A model generated the notes under the pieces. It saw nothing but the letters and a program-made list of their open reading frames with translations. It was not told where the DNA came from and ran no database searches. DNA of 64,000 bases, taken from positions 576,001-640,000 of the forward strand of contig JASGHJ010000001.1 in assembly GCA_047602405.1 (NCBI GenBank), in the 5' to 3' direction. The DNA comes from Anaeromyxobacteraceae bacterium (GTDB taxonomy: Bacteria; Myxococcota; Myxococcia; Myxococcales; Anaeromyxobacteraceae). Each line of letters opens with the position of its first letter. The first letter of the stretch is position 1. Below are positions 51,555-63,439 of this stretch, one piece after another. Made by a program: the position numbers and the translations under genes.

Positions 51555-52285
51555 GCCCCGCCCCGGACCCGGTCGATGAGCGCCTGGGTGCGCTCCCAGG
51601 CGAGCTCCTGCAGCGGCTTCACGATCGCCATGTCGCGCGCGGCCTCCGGCCGCCGCTCCACCGCGATGGGCTCCCCGAGCACCACCCGGATGCGCGCCGG
51701 CAGCGGCACCGGCGACCAGAAGGAGAGCTTCCCGAGCCTCGCGCCCGGGTAGGCCTCCGCGCCGCCCACGATCGCGAGCGGCACGATGGGCGCGCCGCGC
51801 TTCAGCGCGAGCCGCGCGAAGCCGTACCGGCCCGCCCACTGCAGCCGGTAGAAGTCCCTCGACGGCTGCGCCTCGCGCGAGCCGCCGGGCGTGACGAGGA
51901 GCTGCTCGCCGCGCTCGAGCACGGCCTCGCAGGTGTCCTCGGCGGTGCCGATGATGCCGGCGATCTCCTTCGCGCGCGGCAGGCCCGGCAGGTACCGCTC
52001 GATCTGCGAGAGCCCGCCCACGATCCGGATCCGGTCCTGCTCCTCGCCGGTCTCGTGGAAGTGCTTCCAGCCGAGCAGGTAGCAGCCCATCACGAGGTCG
52101 GGCACGAAGTAGCTCGCGCCGTGGAGCGCCACGTAGATCGCCGGCCCACGCGGCGGCGGCCCGCCCTCGAGCGTCGTCCGGTGATACGCGCACATCGCGC
52201 GCGCCCACGGCAGGAAGAACCGGCGGTAGGCCCAGTGCGAGCGGTCCTGCAGCGGGGGCAGCTGGGCCTTGTCGTCGCGGGCCAT
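51551..52285 (-). CDS. Lysophospholipid/DAG acyltransferase family protein
   Basis: IYVALH, TPGGSREA, GFARLAL and PIVPLAIVG motifs. Confidence 0.85.
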   Translation of the reverse strand: MARDDKAQLPPLQDRSHWAYRRFFLPWARAMCAYHRTTLEGGPPPRGPAIYVALHGASYFVPDLVMGCYLLGWKHFHETGEEQDRIRIVGGLSQIERYLPGLPRAKEIAGIIGTAEDTCEAVLERGEQLLVTPGGSREAQPSRDFYRLQWAGRYGFARLALKRGAPIVPLAIVGGAEAYPGARLGKLSFWSPVPLPARIRVVLGEPIAVERRPEAARDMAIVKPLQELAWERTQALIDRVRGGA

Positions 52286-52288
52286 CGG

Positions 52289-53035
52289 CTACGGGCTCCA
52301 GGCCGGACGCCGGCCCTTCGTGGCGCCCGTGAGGAGCGCCTGGGTCTCGGCCGCGACGCGATCGGCGAACGCGGCGAGGGCCGGGCCGTCGAGCGACGCG
52401 CCGTCGCGCGCGGGCGGCGGCGCGATGGGCGCGCCGAAGACGAAGTCGAGCGGCACCGGCAGCGGCAGGAGCGGGAGCCAGAGGCTGCCGGACCTACCGA
52501 GCGGGACGCGCCAGGGGTGCTGCTGGTCCGCGCCGGCGATGGCGAAGGGCACGACCGGCACGCCCGCCTTCGCCGCGATGCGCGCGAAGCCGCGCCGGCC
52601 CTTCCAGTCGATGACGTCCTTCGGGCCGTAGAGCTCGCGCGCGCCGCCCGGGAAGAGCAGCACCGACTCGCCGCCCGCGAGCGCCGCGAGCGCGGCCTCC
52701 TCGGTCGCCTCGATGGTGCCGACGTGGCGGCGGATCCACGACAGGCCGGGCAGGCGGTGGAGCGAGGTGCCGCGCTTCTCCATCGGCCGGAACGGGACCC
52801 GGTCGGAGTCCCAGAACGACACGAGGCCGAGGAGGATGATCTCGAGGTACAGGAACGTGCGCGGGTGCTTTCCGACGTAGACGACCGGGCGGTCCGCCGG
52901 CACCTCGTCGAGGCCGAGCACGCGCGGCCGGTACCAGAGCTTCAGCGCGCGCGCCGCGGGGACGATGACCGCCTTCTGGCGCCAGGTGCGCGGGAACCGG
53001 GCGTACCGGTCGTCCTTCCGATCCTCGGGTTGCAC
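52289..53035 (-). CDS. Lysophospholipid/DAG acyltransferase family protein
   Basis: VYVGKH, FPGGARE, GFARIA and PVVPFAIAG motifs. Confidence 0.85.
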   Translation of the reverse strand: MQPEDRKDDRYARFPRTWRQKAVIVPAARALKLWYRPRVLGLDEVPADRPVVYVGKHPRTFLYLEIILLGLVSFWDSDRVPFRPMEKRGTSLHRLPGLSWIRRHVGTIEATEEAALAALAGGESVLLFPGGARELYGPKDVIDWKGRRGFARIAAKAGVPVVPFAIAGADQQHPWRVPLGRSGSLWLPLLPLPVPLDFVFGAPIAPPPARDGASLDGPALAAFADRVAAETQALLTGATKGRRPAWSP

Positions 53036-53044
53036 GGGCGAATC

Positions 53045-54211
53045 CTAGCCCCGGACGGCGCGGAGCGCGCGCGCCGCGAGGCCGCGCGCCGGGGGTGCGA
53101 CCTCGTGCTCGGCGAGCGCGACGCCGTAGACGTGGGCGACGCGCGCGGCGACGCGGGTCCAGGAGAGCGCCCCGGCGCGCGCCAGGCCGCGCGCGGAGAG
53201 CCGCTGGCGGAGCCCGGGGTCGGAGAGCGCGCGCTCGAGCGCACCGGCGAGGGCCTCCGCCTCGCCGCGGGCCGCGAGCAGCGCCGCGCCGCGGGCGGCC
53301 TCGGCGTAGCCGGGGAGGTCGCTCGCCACGACCGGGCAGCCGGCCGCCATCGCCTCCACGAGCACCATGCCGAAGCTCTCGCCGCCGAGCGACGGCGCGC
53401 AGAAGACGTCGGCGGTGCGATAGTGCTCGGAGAGCTCCGCGTCGGTGACGCGGCCGTGGAAGACGACGTCGAGGCCGCGGGCCCGCGCGGCGAAGCGCTC
53501 CTCGGGGCCGGCGCCGACCACGTGGACCTGGATCGCCCGCCCGCGCGCCAGCAGCCGGGCGGCCGCGTCGAGCAGCACCGAGAGGCCCTTCCGCTGCTCG
53601 CCGTAGCGGCCGACGAAGAGCACGCGCGGCACCGCGGGGTCGTCCGGGCCGAGCAGGCGCACGGGGCTGCGCGCCGGGCCGCCGGCCGTGAAGCGGGAGA
53701 GGTCGACGCCGTTCGGGATCACCGCGGTGCGGCCGCGGTACAGGGCGCGGGAGAAGTGCTTCGCCGCCCGCGAGACCGCGATGCCCACGTCGATGCGGTT
53801 GAGCCGGCCGGACGCGGAGATGACCCGGCGGAGCACGGTCTGCAGGGGCAGCTCCCGGTCGTCGTTCGCGTGGAACGTGGCGACGATGGGCAGCTGCTGG
53901 CGCAGCGCGAAGCGCCCGGGCCCCGGCACGATGGGCTCGTGGATGTGGACGAGGTCGAAGCAGCCCGCCTCGAGCACCTCGCGTGTGCGGCGCGCGGACA
54001 CGAGCAGGCCGACCCGGGCGACCGAGCCGTTCGCCGGCACCGGCACGACGCCGGGCAGGCCCACGCAGCCCTCGGGCACGGGCCCGCTCGCCGGCCCGAG
54101 CACCTCGGCCTCGTAGTCGAGGGTCCGCAGCGCGGCGGCGAGGCTCCAGGCGTGACGGTTCACGCCGCCGTCGCGGGAGAGGTCGTAGGGGGTGACGATG
54201 CAGACGCGCAC
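53045..54211 (-). CDS. GT4 glycosyltransferase, PimA-like
   Basis: VTPYDL..DGGV, VPVPANGSVAR, HIHEP, VATFH, IAVS, IPNGVD, RKG and APSLGGESFGMVLVEAMAAG motifs resemble actinobacterial PimA. Confidence 0.82.
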   Translation of the reverse strand: MRVCIVTPYDLSRDGGVNRHAWSLAAALRTLDYEAEVLGPASGPVPEGCVGLPGVVPVPANGSVARVGLLVSARRTREVLEAGCFDLVHIHEPIVPGPGRFALRQQLPIVATFHANDDRELPLQTVLRRVISASGRLNRIDVGIAVSRAAKHFSRALYRGRTAVIPNGVDLSRFTAGGPARSPVRLLGPDDPAVPRVLFVGRYGEQRKGLSVLLDAAARLLARGRAIQVHVVGAGPEERFAARARGLDVVFHGRVTDAELSEHYRTADVFCAPSLGGESFGMVLVEAMAAGCPVVASDLPGYAEAARGAALLAARGEAEALAGALERALSDPGLRQRLSARGLARAGALSWTRVAARVAHVYGVALAEHEVAPPARGLAARALRAVRG

Positions 54212-54228
54212 GCGGTGGCTCGCTGGCT

Positions 54229-55002
54229 TCAGGTCCCCGTCTTCTGCGCCGGCGGGGACTGCAGGGGCCGTGCCGCCGAGCTCTTGCCGTCATCTCGCGC
54301 ACGTAGCGCCCGGTAGATGACGACCATCCGCCCCACGGCGGTGGCTCCCGCGCCCACCGTGACGAGCACGCACACCACCTCCACGAGGAGCAACGCCCCG
54401 TCCCCGGGCAGGAATTCCGCGCCGATGAGCGTGAACATCATCGCCACGAGGCGGTGCGGCCGCTCCAGCCCGAAGCCGGGGCAGTCGACGCCCAGCCCCT
54501 CGCCGCGCGCCCGCGCGTACGAGACCATCAGCGAGGCGACCACCGCCGCGGCGGCCCAGAACGTGCCGGAACGGTGCGTGAACGCCCAGCCGACGCCGGC
54601 GAAGAGGGTGATCTCCGAGATGCGGTCGAGGTTGGAGTCGAGGAAGGCGCCGGCCGGCGACTGCGTCGAGGTCGAGCGCGCGAGCTCCCCGTCGAGGAGG
54701 TCGCACCACGACCCGAACACGAGCAGCACCGCCGCGAGCCCCCACTCGCGCAGGCCCACGAGGAGCGACGCCGCGGTCGTGAGCGCGAGCCCGATCGCGG
54801 TCATCCCGTTCGCGGAGATCCCGAGCGCGCCCGCGGCGCGGAGCACCGGCCGCGAGACGAAGTAGGCCCAGCGCCCGAGCAGCGGGATGAGCCCGGGGCC
54901 CGCCACCCGCGCCGGCGGAGCCGGGCGGGCGGCGAGGTAGAGGAGCGACGTGGCCGCCGCGGTGCCGACCAGCGAGGTGATCGCGAGCTGGCCGGCCGTC
55001 AT
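54229..55002 (-). CDS. CDP-alcohol phosphatidyltransferase (probable phosphatidylinositol-phosphate synthase)
   Basis: DLLDGELAR...GAFLDSNLDR signature plus SLMVSYARARGEGLG. Confidence 0.9.
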   Translation of the reverse strand: MTAGQLAITSLVGTAAATSLLYLAARPAPPARVAGPGLIPLLGRWAYFVSRPVLRAAGALGISANGMTAIGLALTTAASLLVGLREWGLAAVLLVFGSWCDLLDGELARSTSTQSPAGAFLDSNLDRISEITLFAGVGWAFTHRSGTFWAAAAVVASLMVSYARARGEGLGVDCPGFGLERPHRLVAMMFTLIGAEFLPGDGALLLVEVVCVLVTVGAGATAVGRMVVIYRALRARDDGKSSAARPLQSPPAQKTGT

Positions 55003-55005
55003 GCG

Positions 55006-56307
<1,302 letters not shown>

Positions 56308-56345
56308 GTACGCCTCACTGGCGGGGACGCGACGACGCGCGGTTG

Positions 56346-56468
56346 CCCCGATGAACGTTGCCGACGAGCCCGTCAACCACGGGTAGGACCCACGAACTGC
56401 ACGGGCATTCCCGGTTACGAGCGCCGCGACCGGCAACGGGGCGCGCAGCGCGGGACCCCTCATCGGGG
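56346..56468 (-). ncRNA. Candidate structured leader RNA upstream of ino1
   Basis: Nested perfect stems CCCCGATGA/TCATCGGGG (9 bp) and CGTTGCCG/CGGCAACG (8 bp), plus internal hairpins. Confidence 0.4.
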
Positions 56469-56635
56469 TGTCCGGGAGGTCGGCCTTTTACAACATGCCG
56501 CGTCGAGCGGGAAGGGTCCGATCGTATGCCCCTGTGACGGCAGGTCGCAGGGACGCCTCCACGGACGGTCGGTCCGGTCGGGCCCCGAGCCGCGCGACGG
56601 GCCGGGCCGGTACACTGCATCCCGGGAGGCGGACC

Positions 56636-58129
56636 TTGGGCAGAGCGCGCGAGCGGATCCTGGCGGCGATCGACCTCGGCACGAACGCGATCCGCCTGGA
56701 GATCGCCCGCCCGCTGCCCGACGGCACGCTCGAGACGCTCCACCAGGAGCGGGATCCGGTCCGGCCGGGCGAGGGCGTCTTCGCGACGGGCTCGCTGCCA
56801 CGCCAGGTCGCGGATCGCGTGATCGCCACCCTCTCCCGCTACGCGGCGCTCTGCCGGCGCTACGGCGCCAGGGTCCGGGCGGTCGCGACGAGCGCGGTCC
56901 GGGAGGCGAAGAACAAGGACGAGCTCGTCCGGCGCGCCCGCCGCGAGGCGGGCATCGAGCTCGAGGTCGTGTCCGGTCGGGAGGAGGCGCGGCTCATCTG
57001 CCTGGGCGTGCTCTCGGATCGGCCTCCCCGCGCGCGCTCGCTCCTCATCGACATCGGCGGTGGCTCCACCGAGGTCATCGCCGCGGAGGGGGCGGTGCCC
57101 ACGAGCCTCACGTCGGTGAACCTCGGGGCGGTCCGCCTCACCGAGATCTTCGCGAGCGCGGGGAAGATCGAGGACGGGAAGCTCGCCGCGATGCGCTCGT
57201 TCGCCGCCGAGGCCTTCCGGGACGGGCTCCCGCGCAGCCCGCCTCGCGCGCGGGTCGCCCTCGGCAGCTCGGGCACCATCAACGCCATCGTCGCGGCGCA
57301 CGGGGATGGCCGCCGCCTCACGCGGAAGCGCTGCACGAGAGCGGTCGAGGAGCTCGCCGGCATGACGCTCGCCCAGCGGCGCCGGCTGCACGAGCCGCGG
57401 CGCGCGGAGGTGATCGTCGCCGGTGCGGTGATCCTCGAGGCCGCGATGCGCCACCTCGGCGTGGAGGCGCTCACGGCGGTCGACACCGGGCTGCGCAACG
57501 GCGTCCTGCGGGATCTCGCCGCCCGCTCGCCCGCGCTCGCGGCCGCCGAGGCCGCGGGCCGCACCGAGGCGGCGCTCGCGCTCGGCCGGCGGTTCGGCTT
57601 CGACGAGGCCCACGCGCGGCAGGCCGCGCGGCTCGCGCTCGCGCTCTTCGACCAGCTCGCCGGCGTGCACCGGCTCCCCGCGAGCGCCCGAAGCCTGCTC
57701 GAGTCGGCGGCGCTCCTCCACGACGTCGGGCACGCGGTGTCCCCGAGCCGCCACCACAAGCACACCTTCTACATCGTCCAGAACGCCGACCTCGCCGGCT
57801 TCTCCGACCGGGAGCGGCTGCTCCTCGCCCTCGTCGCCCGGTACCACCGGCGCTCCGTTCCCGATCGCGGGCGCGAGGACCTCGAGCTCCTCACCGGTCC
57901 GGAGCTCGTCACCGTCCGCCGGCTGGTCGCGCTCCTGCGCGTGGCGGACGCGCTCGACCGCAGCCACGCGCAGCACGTCCGGGCGCTCCGCGCGGCGGCG
58001 CGCGGCGGCGCCGTGCGCGTCTCGCTCCGCGCCGGCGGCCCGCTCCACCTCGAGCTCTGGGACGTCGCGCGCGAGGCCGGCTTCTTCCGGCAGGCGCTCG
58101 GCCGCCGGCTGGAGATCGCGGGGAGGTAG
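56636..58129 (+). CDS. ppx: Ppx/GppA exopolyphosphatase with HD domain
   Basis: AAIDLGTN, VATSAVREA, EEARLI, IDIGGGSTE, GLRNG and LLHDVG...HHKH; TTG at 56636 after GGGAGG. Confidence 0.92.
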   Translation: MGRARERILAAIDLGTNAIRLEIARPLPDGTLETLHQERDPVRPGEGVFATGSLPRQVADRVIATLSRYAALCRRYGARVRAVATSAVREAKNKDELVRRARREAGIELEVVSGREEARLICLGVLSDRPPRARSLLIDIGGGSTEVIAAEGAVPTSLTSVNLGAVRLTEIFASAGKIEDGKLAAMRSFAAEAFRDGLPRSPPRARVALGSSGTINAIVAAHGDGRRLTRKRCTRAVEELAGMTLAQRRRLHEPRRAEVIVAGAVILEAAMRHLGVEALTAVDTGLRNGVLRDLAARSPALAAAEAAGRTEAALALGRRFGFDEAHARQAARLALALFDQLAGVHRLPASARSLLESAALLHDVGHAVSPSRHHKHTFYIVQNADLAGFSDRERLLLALVARYHRRSVPDRGREDLELLTGPELVTVRRLVALLRVADALDRSHAQHVRALRAAARGGAVRVSLRAGGPLHLELWDVAREAGFFRQALGRRLEIAGR

Positions 58130-58148
58130 GGATAGGCTCCGCGGCGCC

Positions 58149-59063
58149 GTGCTCGCCGCCTTGCTCGCCCTCGCCGCCCTCGCCGGCCCGGACGTCTCCC
58201 CGTCCGGGGCCTCGCTTCCGGCGGCCCGGCCTCCACCCGACGCGGCCATCGCCCGCGCGCTCGCGACCGCCCCCGCCGGCGCCGCCCGCGCCGTCGCGGC
58301 GACGGCGCCGCTCCGGGGCGCGCCCTACGCGCTCGACGCGCTCGGCGAGGCGGACGACCGCGACCCCGATCCGCGGTTTCGCCTCGACGCCTTCGACTGC
58401 ATGACGTTCGTCGAGACCGCGGTCGCGCTCGGGAACGCCGCGTCGCTCGAGGAGGCGCGGCGCCTGCTCGACCTCGTGCGGTACGAGGGCCCGCCCGCGC
58501 TCGCCTCCCGCCGGCACGAGGTCCTCTCGCAGTGGATCCCGCAGAACGTCGCGGCCGGGTGGGTGCGCGACGTCGCCGCCGAGGTCGCGCCCGGCGCCGT
58601 CGTGCGGGAGGAGAAGGTCTACTCGCGCGAGGCGTGGGCGCTCGTGCGGCGCGCGGGCCGCGCCATCCCGGGGCTGCCCCGCGCCCGCCTCCCGGTGGGC
58701 ACCTTCGCGGTGGACGTCGTGCCGCTCGACGCGCTGGCGGCGGCCGCGCCGCGGATCCCGGCGGGGACGATCGCGTTCGTCGTGCGCGACGACGCGCCCG
58801 ATCGCCCGAGCCGCGTCTCGCACGCGGGGCTCGTCTTCGAGGGGCCGGGCGGCGAGCGGTGGGTCCGGCACGCGACCTCCACCGTCGGCGTGGCGCGGGT
58901 GATCGAGGAGCCCCTCTCACGGTACGTGGAGCGCAACCGGAAGGCGCGGCCCGCCTGGCGGGTCGTGGGCCTGGCCCTCGTCCAGATCGCCGACAACCGG
59001 GCCCGCCTCGCCGAGGCGCTCGCCCACCGGCCCGCACCGGGAGTGCCGGCCAGGGTCCCCTGA
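58149..59063 (+). CDS. DUF1460 / NlpC-P60-like amidase
   Basis: FDCMTFVE catalytic Cys, VSHAG His and RHATS; signal peptide. Confidence 0.82.
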   Translation: MLAALLALAALAGPDVSPSGASLPAARPPPDAAIARALATAPAGAARAVAATAPLRGAPYALDALGEADDRDPDPRFRLDAFDCMTFVETAVALGNAASLEEARRLLDLVRYEGPPALASRRHEVLSQWIPQNVAAGWVRDVAAEVAPGAVVREEKVYSREAWALVRRAGRAIPGLPRARLPVGTFAVDVVPLDALAAAAPRIPAGTIAFVVRDDAPDRPSRVSHAGLVFEGPGGERWVRHATSTVGVARVIEEPLSRYVERNRKARPAWRVVGLALVQIADNRARLAEALAHRPAPGVPARVP

Positions 59064-59218
59064 ACCCCCCGGAATCACGGGAGGGTTCCTACGTTATCCC
59101 GCGTCACGAAGGCGCGCGCGGGCCCTCCTTACCGGACTGCCTCACCCAGGAGCCCAGGCGCCCCGGCGGCCCGCGAAATACGGCCACGAACACCACGTAA
59201 CACCGCCCACACACCGAC

Positions 59219-59947
59219 ATGACCGCCACCGATCTCGCACAGGACGGCTCCGTCATCTGGACCACGCTCGCGGAGCCCGGGCTCGGGCTCGCACAGGCGG
59301 TCACACGGCGCCGGGCGCTCACCGCGCTCCTCGTCTCGACGCTCGCGGCGCTCGTCGCGACCGCCGTCATCCTCCCGCACCTCGACCTCGCGGCGCTCGC
59401 GGCGATGAAGCTGCGCCCCGACATGACGCCGCACGAGCGCACCGAGGCCATCGAGACCGCCGCGAAGCTGAACGCGGTCATGGCCTGGGGCGGGGCGGTG
59501 CTCGGCCCGGCGATCCAGGCGCTCTTCGTGAGCTGCTTCCTCTGGCTCGGCTTCTGGACCGCGGGCGCGAAGACCGGCTTCAAGGAGACCTTCACGGTCA
59601 CCGCGCACGGGCTCCTCCCGAACGCGCTCCGCGGCCTGCTCATGGCGCCCGCGGCGGTCGTGCACGCGCCGGTGAACCCGATGCAGCTCGACAGGCTGCT
59701 CCCCTCCAGCGTCGCCGCGCTCCTGCCGCCCTCCCTGCCGCCCCCGGCGCTCGCCGCGGCCTCCGCGCTCGACCTGTTCTCGCTCTGGGCGCTCTACCTC
59801 GTCGGCACCGGCATGGCGAAGGCCTCCGGGGCCTCCCGCCGGCGCTCCTTCGTCGTCGTCGCCGTGCTCTTCGTCGCCTACGTCGCGCTGCTCAAGATCG
59901 CGCCGTCCGCTGCCGCGGGCGGCCCCGGCCCCCGAGGAGGCCCGTGA
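59219..59947 (+). CDS. YIP1 family membrane protein
   Basis: About five TM helices, LDLFSLW, at the head of an exporter operon. Confidence 0.75.
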   Translation: MTATDLAQDGSVIWTTLAEPGLGLAQAVTRRRALTALLVSTLAALVATAVILPHLDLAALAAMKLRPDMTPHERTEAIETAAKLNAVMAWGGAVLGPAIQALFVSCFLWLGFWTAGAKTGFKETFTVTAHGLLPNALRGLLMAPAAVVHAPVNPMQLDRLLPSSVAALLPPSLPPPALAAASALDLFSLWALYLVGTGMAKASGASRRRSFVVVAVLFVAYVALLKIAPSAAAGGPGPRGGP

Positions 59948-61311
59948 ACCCGCCCCGTCCCATCGCCGCGCTCGCCCTCGCGCTCGTCACCGCCTCCGCG
60001 GCGGTCCCGTCGCTCGCCGCGGCGCAGGCCGCCCCCATCACGCTCGAGGACGCGCTCGCCCGCGCGACCCGGCACAACGTCGAGCTCTCGCTCGCCCGCG
60101 AGGACGCCGCCGTCGCCGGCTCCGACCGCGTGTCGGCGCTCTCGAACGTCCTGCCGCGCCTCGACCTCTCCTCGACCTTCGGCCGCAGCTTCATCGGCGC
60201 GCAGAGCGGGTACGTGACCTCCACCGGCATCCCGGTCCCGGCCCAGCCCGCCTCCGACCAGGCCTACTACTCGCTCGGCGCGACGCTCTCGCAGCCGCTC
60301 TTCGACTGGACGGCGTTCCAGGGCGTGCGCGCCTCGGGCTACCAGCTGGCCGCCGCGGAGAAGCAGTACGACGAGCAGGTCCTCTCGACCGCCTTCGAGG
60401 TGACCCGCCGGTTCTACGAGGTGGTCCGCGCCGAGCGCACCCTCGCGGTGCTCGAGAAGACCGCCGCCCGCACGCAGGACCTCGTCGCCCGCGCCGACGC
60501 GCTGTTCGCGGCTGGCCGGGCCCCGCGCGCCGACACCTACACGAACCGGGTGAACCTCGCGAACGACCAGATCAACGTCGAGCGGCAGCGCGCCCGCGTG
60601 AACGCGGCCCGCACCTCGCTCGGCCAGGCCATCGGGCTCACCGGCTCCGAGGCCGCGAACCTCACCGTCGCGGTCCCGCCGGTCATGGACCGCACCGACC
60701 TGCGCCCCGGCCAGCCGCCGGCGCTCGACGAGCTCATCGCGACGGCGCAGAAGCGCCGGCCCGCGGTGGCCGCGGCGAAGGCCCAGGTCGCCGCCGCCGA
60801 CGCGAGCGTGCAGAGCGCGTGGGGCGGCTACCTCCCCTCGGTCGGCGCGCAGGTCAGCTACAACCGCAGCGGCCCGGAGCTCACCGGCAACGCCGGCGTC
60901 TACGGGGACCTCACCCGCGAGTACTCGTCCTCGGCGCTCGTCGTCGCGAGCTGGAACCTCTTCGAGGGCCGGCGCACGCAGGCGCAGGTGCAGCGCGCCG
61001 AGTCGAGCGCGCGGCGCGCCCGCACCGGCGAGGAGGCGACCGCCCTGCGCGTCGCGAAGGAGATCTCCGACGCCCGCGCGGTGGCCGCGTCCGGCGCCAC
61101 CCAGGTCGGCCTCGCCGCCGACAACCTCGCCACCGCCGACAAGGCCCTCTCCCTCGCCCGCGAGCGGCTCGAGGCCGGGCTCGCCACGCAGCTCGAGGTC
61201 CGAGAGGCCTCGCTCAACCTCACCCGCGCGGAGCTCTCGCTCGTCGAGGCCCGCATTGACCACGCAGTGGCGATCGCCGACCTGGCGCGCGCCTCCGGAG
61301 GACCGCTCTAG
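59944..61311 (+). CDS. TolC family outer-membrane efflux protein
   Basis: [34 protein letters not shown] and ERLEAGLAT motifs. Confidence 0.92.
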   Translation: MNPPRPIAALALALVTASAAVPSLAAAQAAPITLEDALARATRHNVELSLAREDAAVAGSDRVSALSNVLPRLDLSSTFGRSFIGAQSGYVTSTGIPVPAQPASDQAYYSLGATLSQPLFDWTAFQGVRASGYQLAAAEKQYDEQVLSTAFEVTRRFYEVVRAERTLAVLEKTAARTQDLVARADALFAAGRAPRADTYTNRVNLANDQINVERQRARVNAARTSLGQAIGLTGSEAANLTVAVPPVMDRTDLRPGQPPALDELIATAQKRRPAVAAAKAQVAAADASVQSAWGGYLPSVGAQVSYNRSGPELTGNAGVYGDLTREYSSSALVVASWNLFEGRRTQAQVQRAESSARRARTGEEATALRVAKEISDARAVAASGATQVGLAADNLATADKALSLARERLEAGLATQLEVREASLNLTRAELSLVEARIDHAVAIADLARASGGPL

Positions 61312-61313
61312 CC

Positions 61314-62705
61314 ATGGCCTACCAGAACCCCGTGACCCGGACGGAGTCCGAGCCCCAGCGGCCCCCGGAGAAGCCTACGATTGCACCCATGCCGACCGCC
61401 CACCGCATGAGCTGGAAGAAGCGCATCTTCGCCGGGGTCTTCGTCCTCGCGATCGTCGCCATCACCGCCGGGTCGCTGATGCCGAAGCCGCAGCCGCCGG
61501 TGAACATCCAGGCGACGACGGCGAAGAAGGGCTCGATCACCCGCATCGTCACCGCGGGCGGCAAGCTCCAGGCGGCGACCGAGGTGAAGCTGTCCTCGAA
61601 CATCACCGGCGACCTCCTCTCCCTGACGGTGAAGGAGGGCGACGTGGTGAAGGCCGGCCAGGCGCTCGGCACCATCGACCCCCGCCGCTACGCCGCGCAG
61701 GTGTCGCAGTCCGACGCCCTCCGCGCGTCCGCCGCCGCCGACGTGCAGCAGCAGCGGGTGCTCGTCGCCCAGCTCGAGCAGGAGCTCGCCCGGGTGGAGC
61801 GGCTCGCGAAGTCCAACAACGCCTCCTCCGCCGAGGTCGACAAGGCGAAGACGGAGCTCGCCGCCGGCCGCGCGCGGTACGACGCGGCCCAGGGCCGGCT
61901 CGCCCAGTCCGAGGCGTCGCTGCGCGAGGCCCGCCACTCCTTCTCGATGACCACCCTGACCTCCCCGATCGACGGCGTCATCACGAAGCGCCAGAAGCAG
62001 GTCGGCGAGCGGATCCGCGGCTCCGACTTCTCCGAGGACGTCATCCTCATCATCTCCACGCTCTCCCAGATGGAGATGAAGATGGAGGTCGGCGAGCAGG
62101 AGGTGGTCTACCTCAAGGAGGGCGACACCGCCGAGGTCGAGATCGACGCGATCCCGGAGAAGAAGTTCCCGGCCAAGGTGGTCGAGGTCGCCCGCAACGC
62201 CAACGTGAAGAACGCCGGCACCGAGGGCGAGGTCACCACCTTCTTCGTGCGGCTCGCGCTGACCCAGGCCGTCTCGAACGCCCTCCCCGGCATGAGCGCG
62301 CAGGCCTCGGTCTTCACCGACACCCGCGACGACGCGATCGTGGTGCCCATCCAGGCCGTCACCGTGCGCCCGGAGAAGGACCTGAAGCCCGGCGGCGCGC
62401 CCGGCCAGGAGCAGCCGCCGCCGCAGCCGGAGGGCTCGGCCAACGCCAAGAAGGTGAAGCGCGACCCGATGCAGAAGGTGGTCTTCGTCGTGAAGGACGG
62501 CGTCGCGAAGATCCGCAAGGTCGAGACCGGCCTCGCCTCCGACACCGAGATCGAGATCGTGTCCGGCCTCGCCGAGGGCGAGAAGGTCGTGGAGGGCCCG
62601 TACCGCGTGCTCTCGCGCGAGCTCGAGGACGGCAAGCGCGTCGCCGAGCAGGACCAGGCCAAGAAGGGCGACGACAAGGCGAAGCCGGCCGAGAAGAAGG
62701 GGTAA
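61314..62705 (+). CDS. MacA-like periplasmic adaptor subunit
   Basis: TM anchor, [11 protein letters not shown], coiled coil, SPIDGVI, PGMSA and EIVSGL motifs. Confidence 0.92.
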   Translation: MAYQNPVTRTESEPQRPPEKPTIAPMPTAHRMSWKKRIFAGVFVLAIVAITAGSLMPKPQPPVNIQATTAKKGSITRIVTAGGKLQAATEVKLSSNITGDLLSLTVKEGDVVKAGQALGTIDPRRYAAQVSQSDALRASAAADVQQQRVLVAQLEQELARVERLAKSNNASSAEVDKAKTELAAGRARYDAAQGRLAQSEASLREARHSFSMTTLTSPIDGVITKRQKQVGERIRGSDFSEDVILIISTLSQMEMKMEVGEQEVVYLKEGDTAEVEIDAIPEKKFPAKVVEVARNANVKNAGTEGEVTTFFVRLALTQAVSNALPGMSAQASVFTDTRDDAIVVPIQAVTVRPEKDLKPGGAPGQEQPPPQPEGSANAKKVKRDPMQKVVFVVKDGVAKIRKVETGLASDTEIEIVSGLAEGEKVVEGPYRVLSRELEDGKRVAEQDQAKKGDDKAKPAEKKG

Positions 62706-62710
62706 CGACC

Positions 62711-63439
62711 GTGTCCGAGCCGCTCATCATCGTCGAGGACCTGCACCGCCACTACGAGGTCGGCGGCGAGGTCGTCCGCGCGCTCGACGGGGTCAGCTTC
62801 ACGATCCCGCGCGGCGAGTGGGTGGCCATCGTGGGCCAGTCCGGCTCGGGCAAGTCCACCCTCATGAACCTCCTCGGCTGCCTCGACACGCCCACCTCAG
62901 GCCTGTACCGGCTGAACGGCGCGGACGTGGCGGGGCTGCAGGACGACGAGCTCGCCGACCTCCGCAACAAGGAGATCGGGTTCGTCTTCCAGACCTTCCA
63001 GCTCCTGCCGCGCTCGACCGCGCTGCAGAACGTCGAGCTGCCGCTCGTGTACCGCGGCATCCCGAAGCGCGAGCGTCGCCTGCAGGCGGAGGAGGCGCTC
63101 GAGGCGGTCGGCCTCGGGAACCGCATGCACCACCGGCCGAACGAGCTCTCCGGCGGGCAGCGCCAGCGCGTGGCGATCGCCCGCGCGCTGGTCGGGAAGC
63201 CCTCCATGCTCCTCGCCGACGAGCCCACCGGCAACCTCGACTCGCAGACCGGCGAGGACATCATCCGGCTGTTCAGCGAGCTCCACCGGGGCGGCAACAC
63301 CATCGTGCTCGTCACCCACGAGCCGAAGCTCGCCGCGCGCTGCCCGCGCGCCATCAAGCTCTCCGACGGCAAGGTGATCGGCGACGGCCCCGGCAGCGAG
63401 ATCGCGCACCTCGGCGGGGCGCGGGCGGTGCCGGCATGA
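62711..63439 (+). CDS. ABC transporter ATP-binding protein (MacB/LolD-like)
   Basis: [34 protein letters not shown] and VTH motifs. Confidence 0.95.
   Translation: MSEPLIIVEDLHRHYEVGGEVVRALDGVSFTIPRGEWVAIVGQSGSGKSTLMNLLGCLDTPTSGLYRLNGADVAGLQDDELADLRNKEIGFVFQTFQLLPRSTALQNVELPLVYRGIPKRERRLQAEEALEAVGLGNRMHHRPNELSGGQRQRVAIARALVGKPSMLLADEPTGNLDSQTGEDIIRLFSELHRGGNTIVLVTHEPKLAARCPRAIKLSDGKVIGDGPGSEIAHLGGARAVPA

Noticed and set aside
56385..56420. Cobalamin riboswitch similarity (minus strand AACCGGGAATGCCCGTGCAGTTC)
   Set aside because: The GCCCCCGCAACTGT and B12-box elements are absent and the downstream genes are unrelated, so it is kept only as an unassigned structure.
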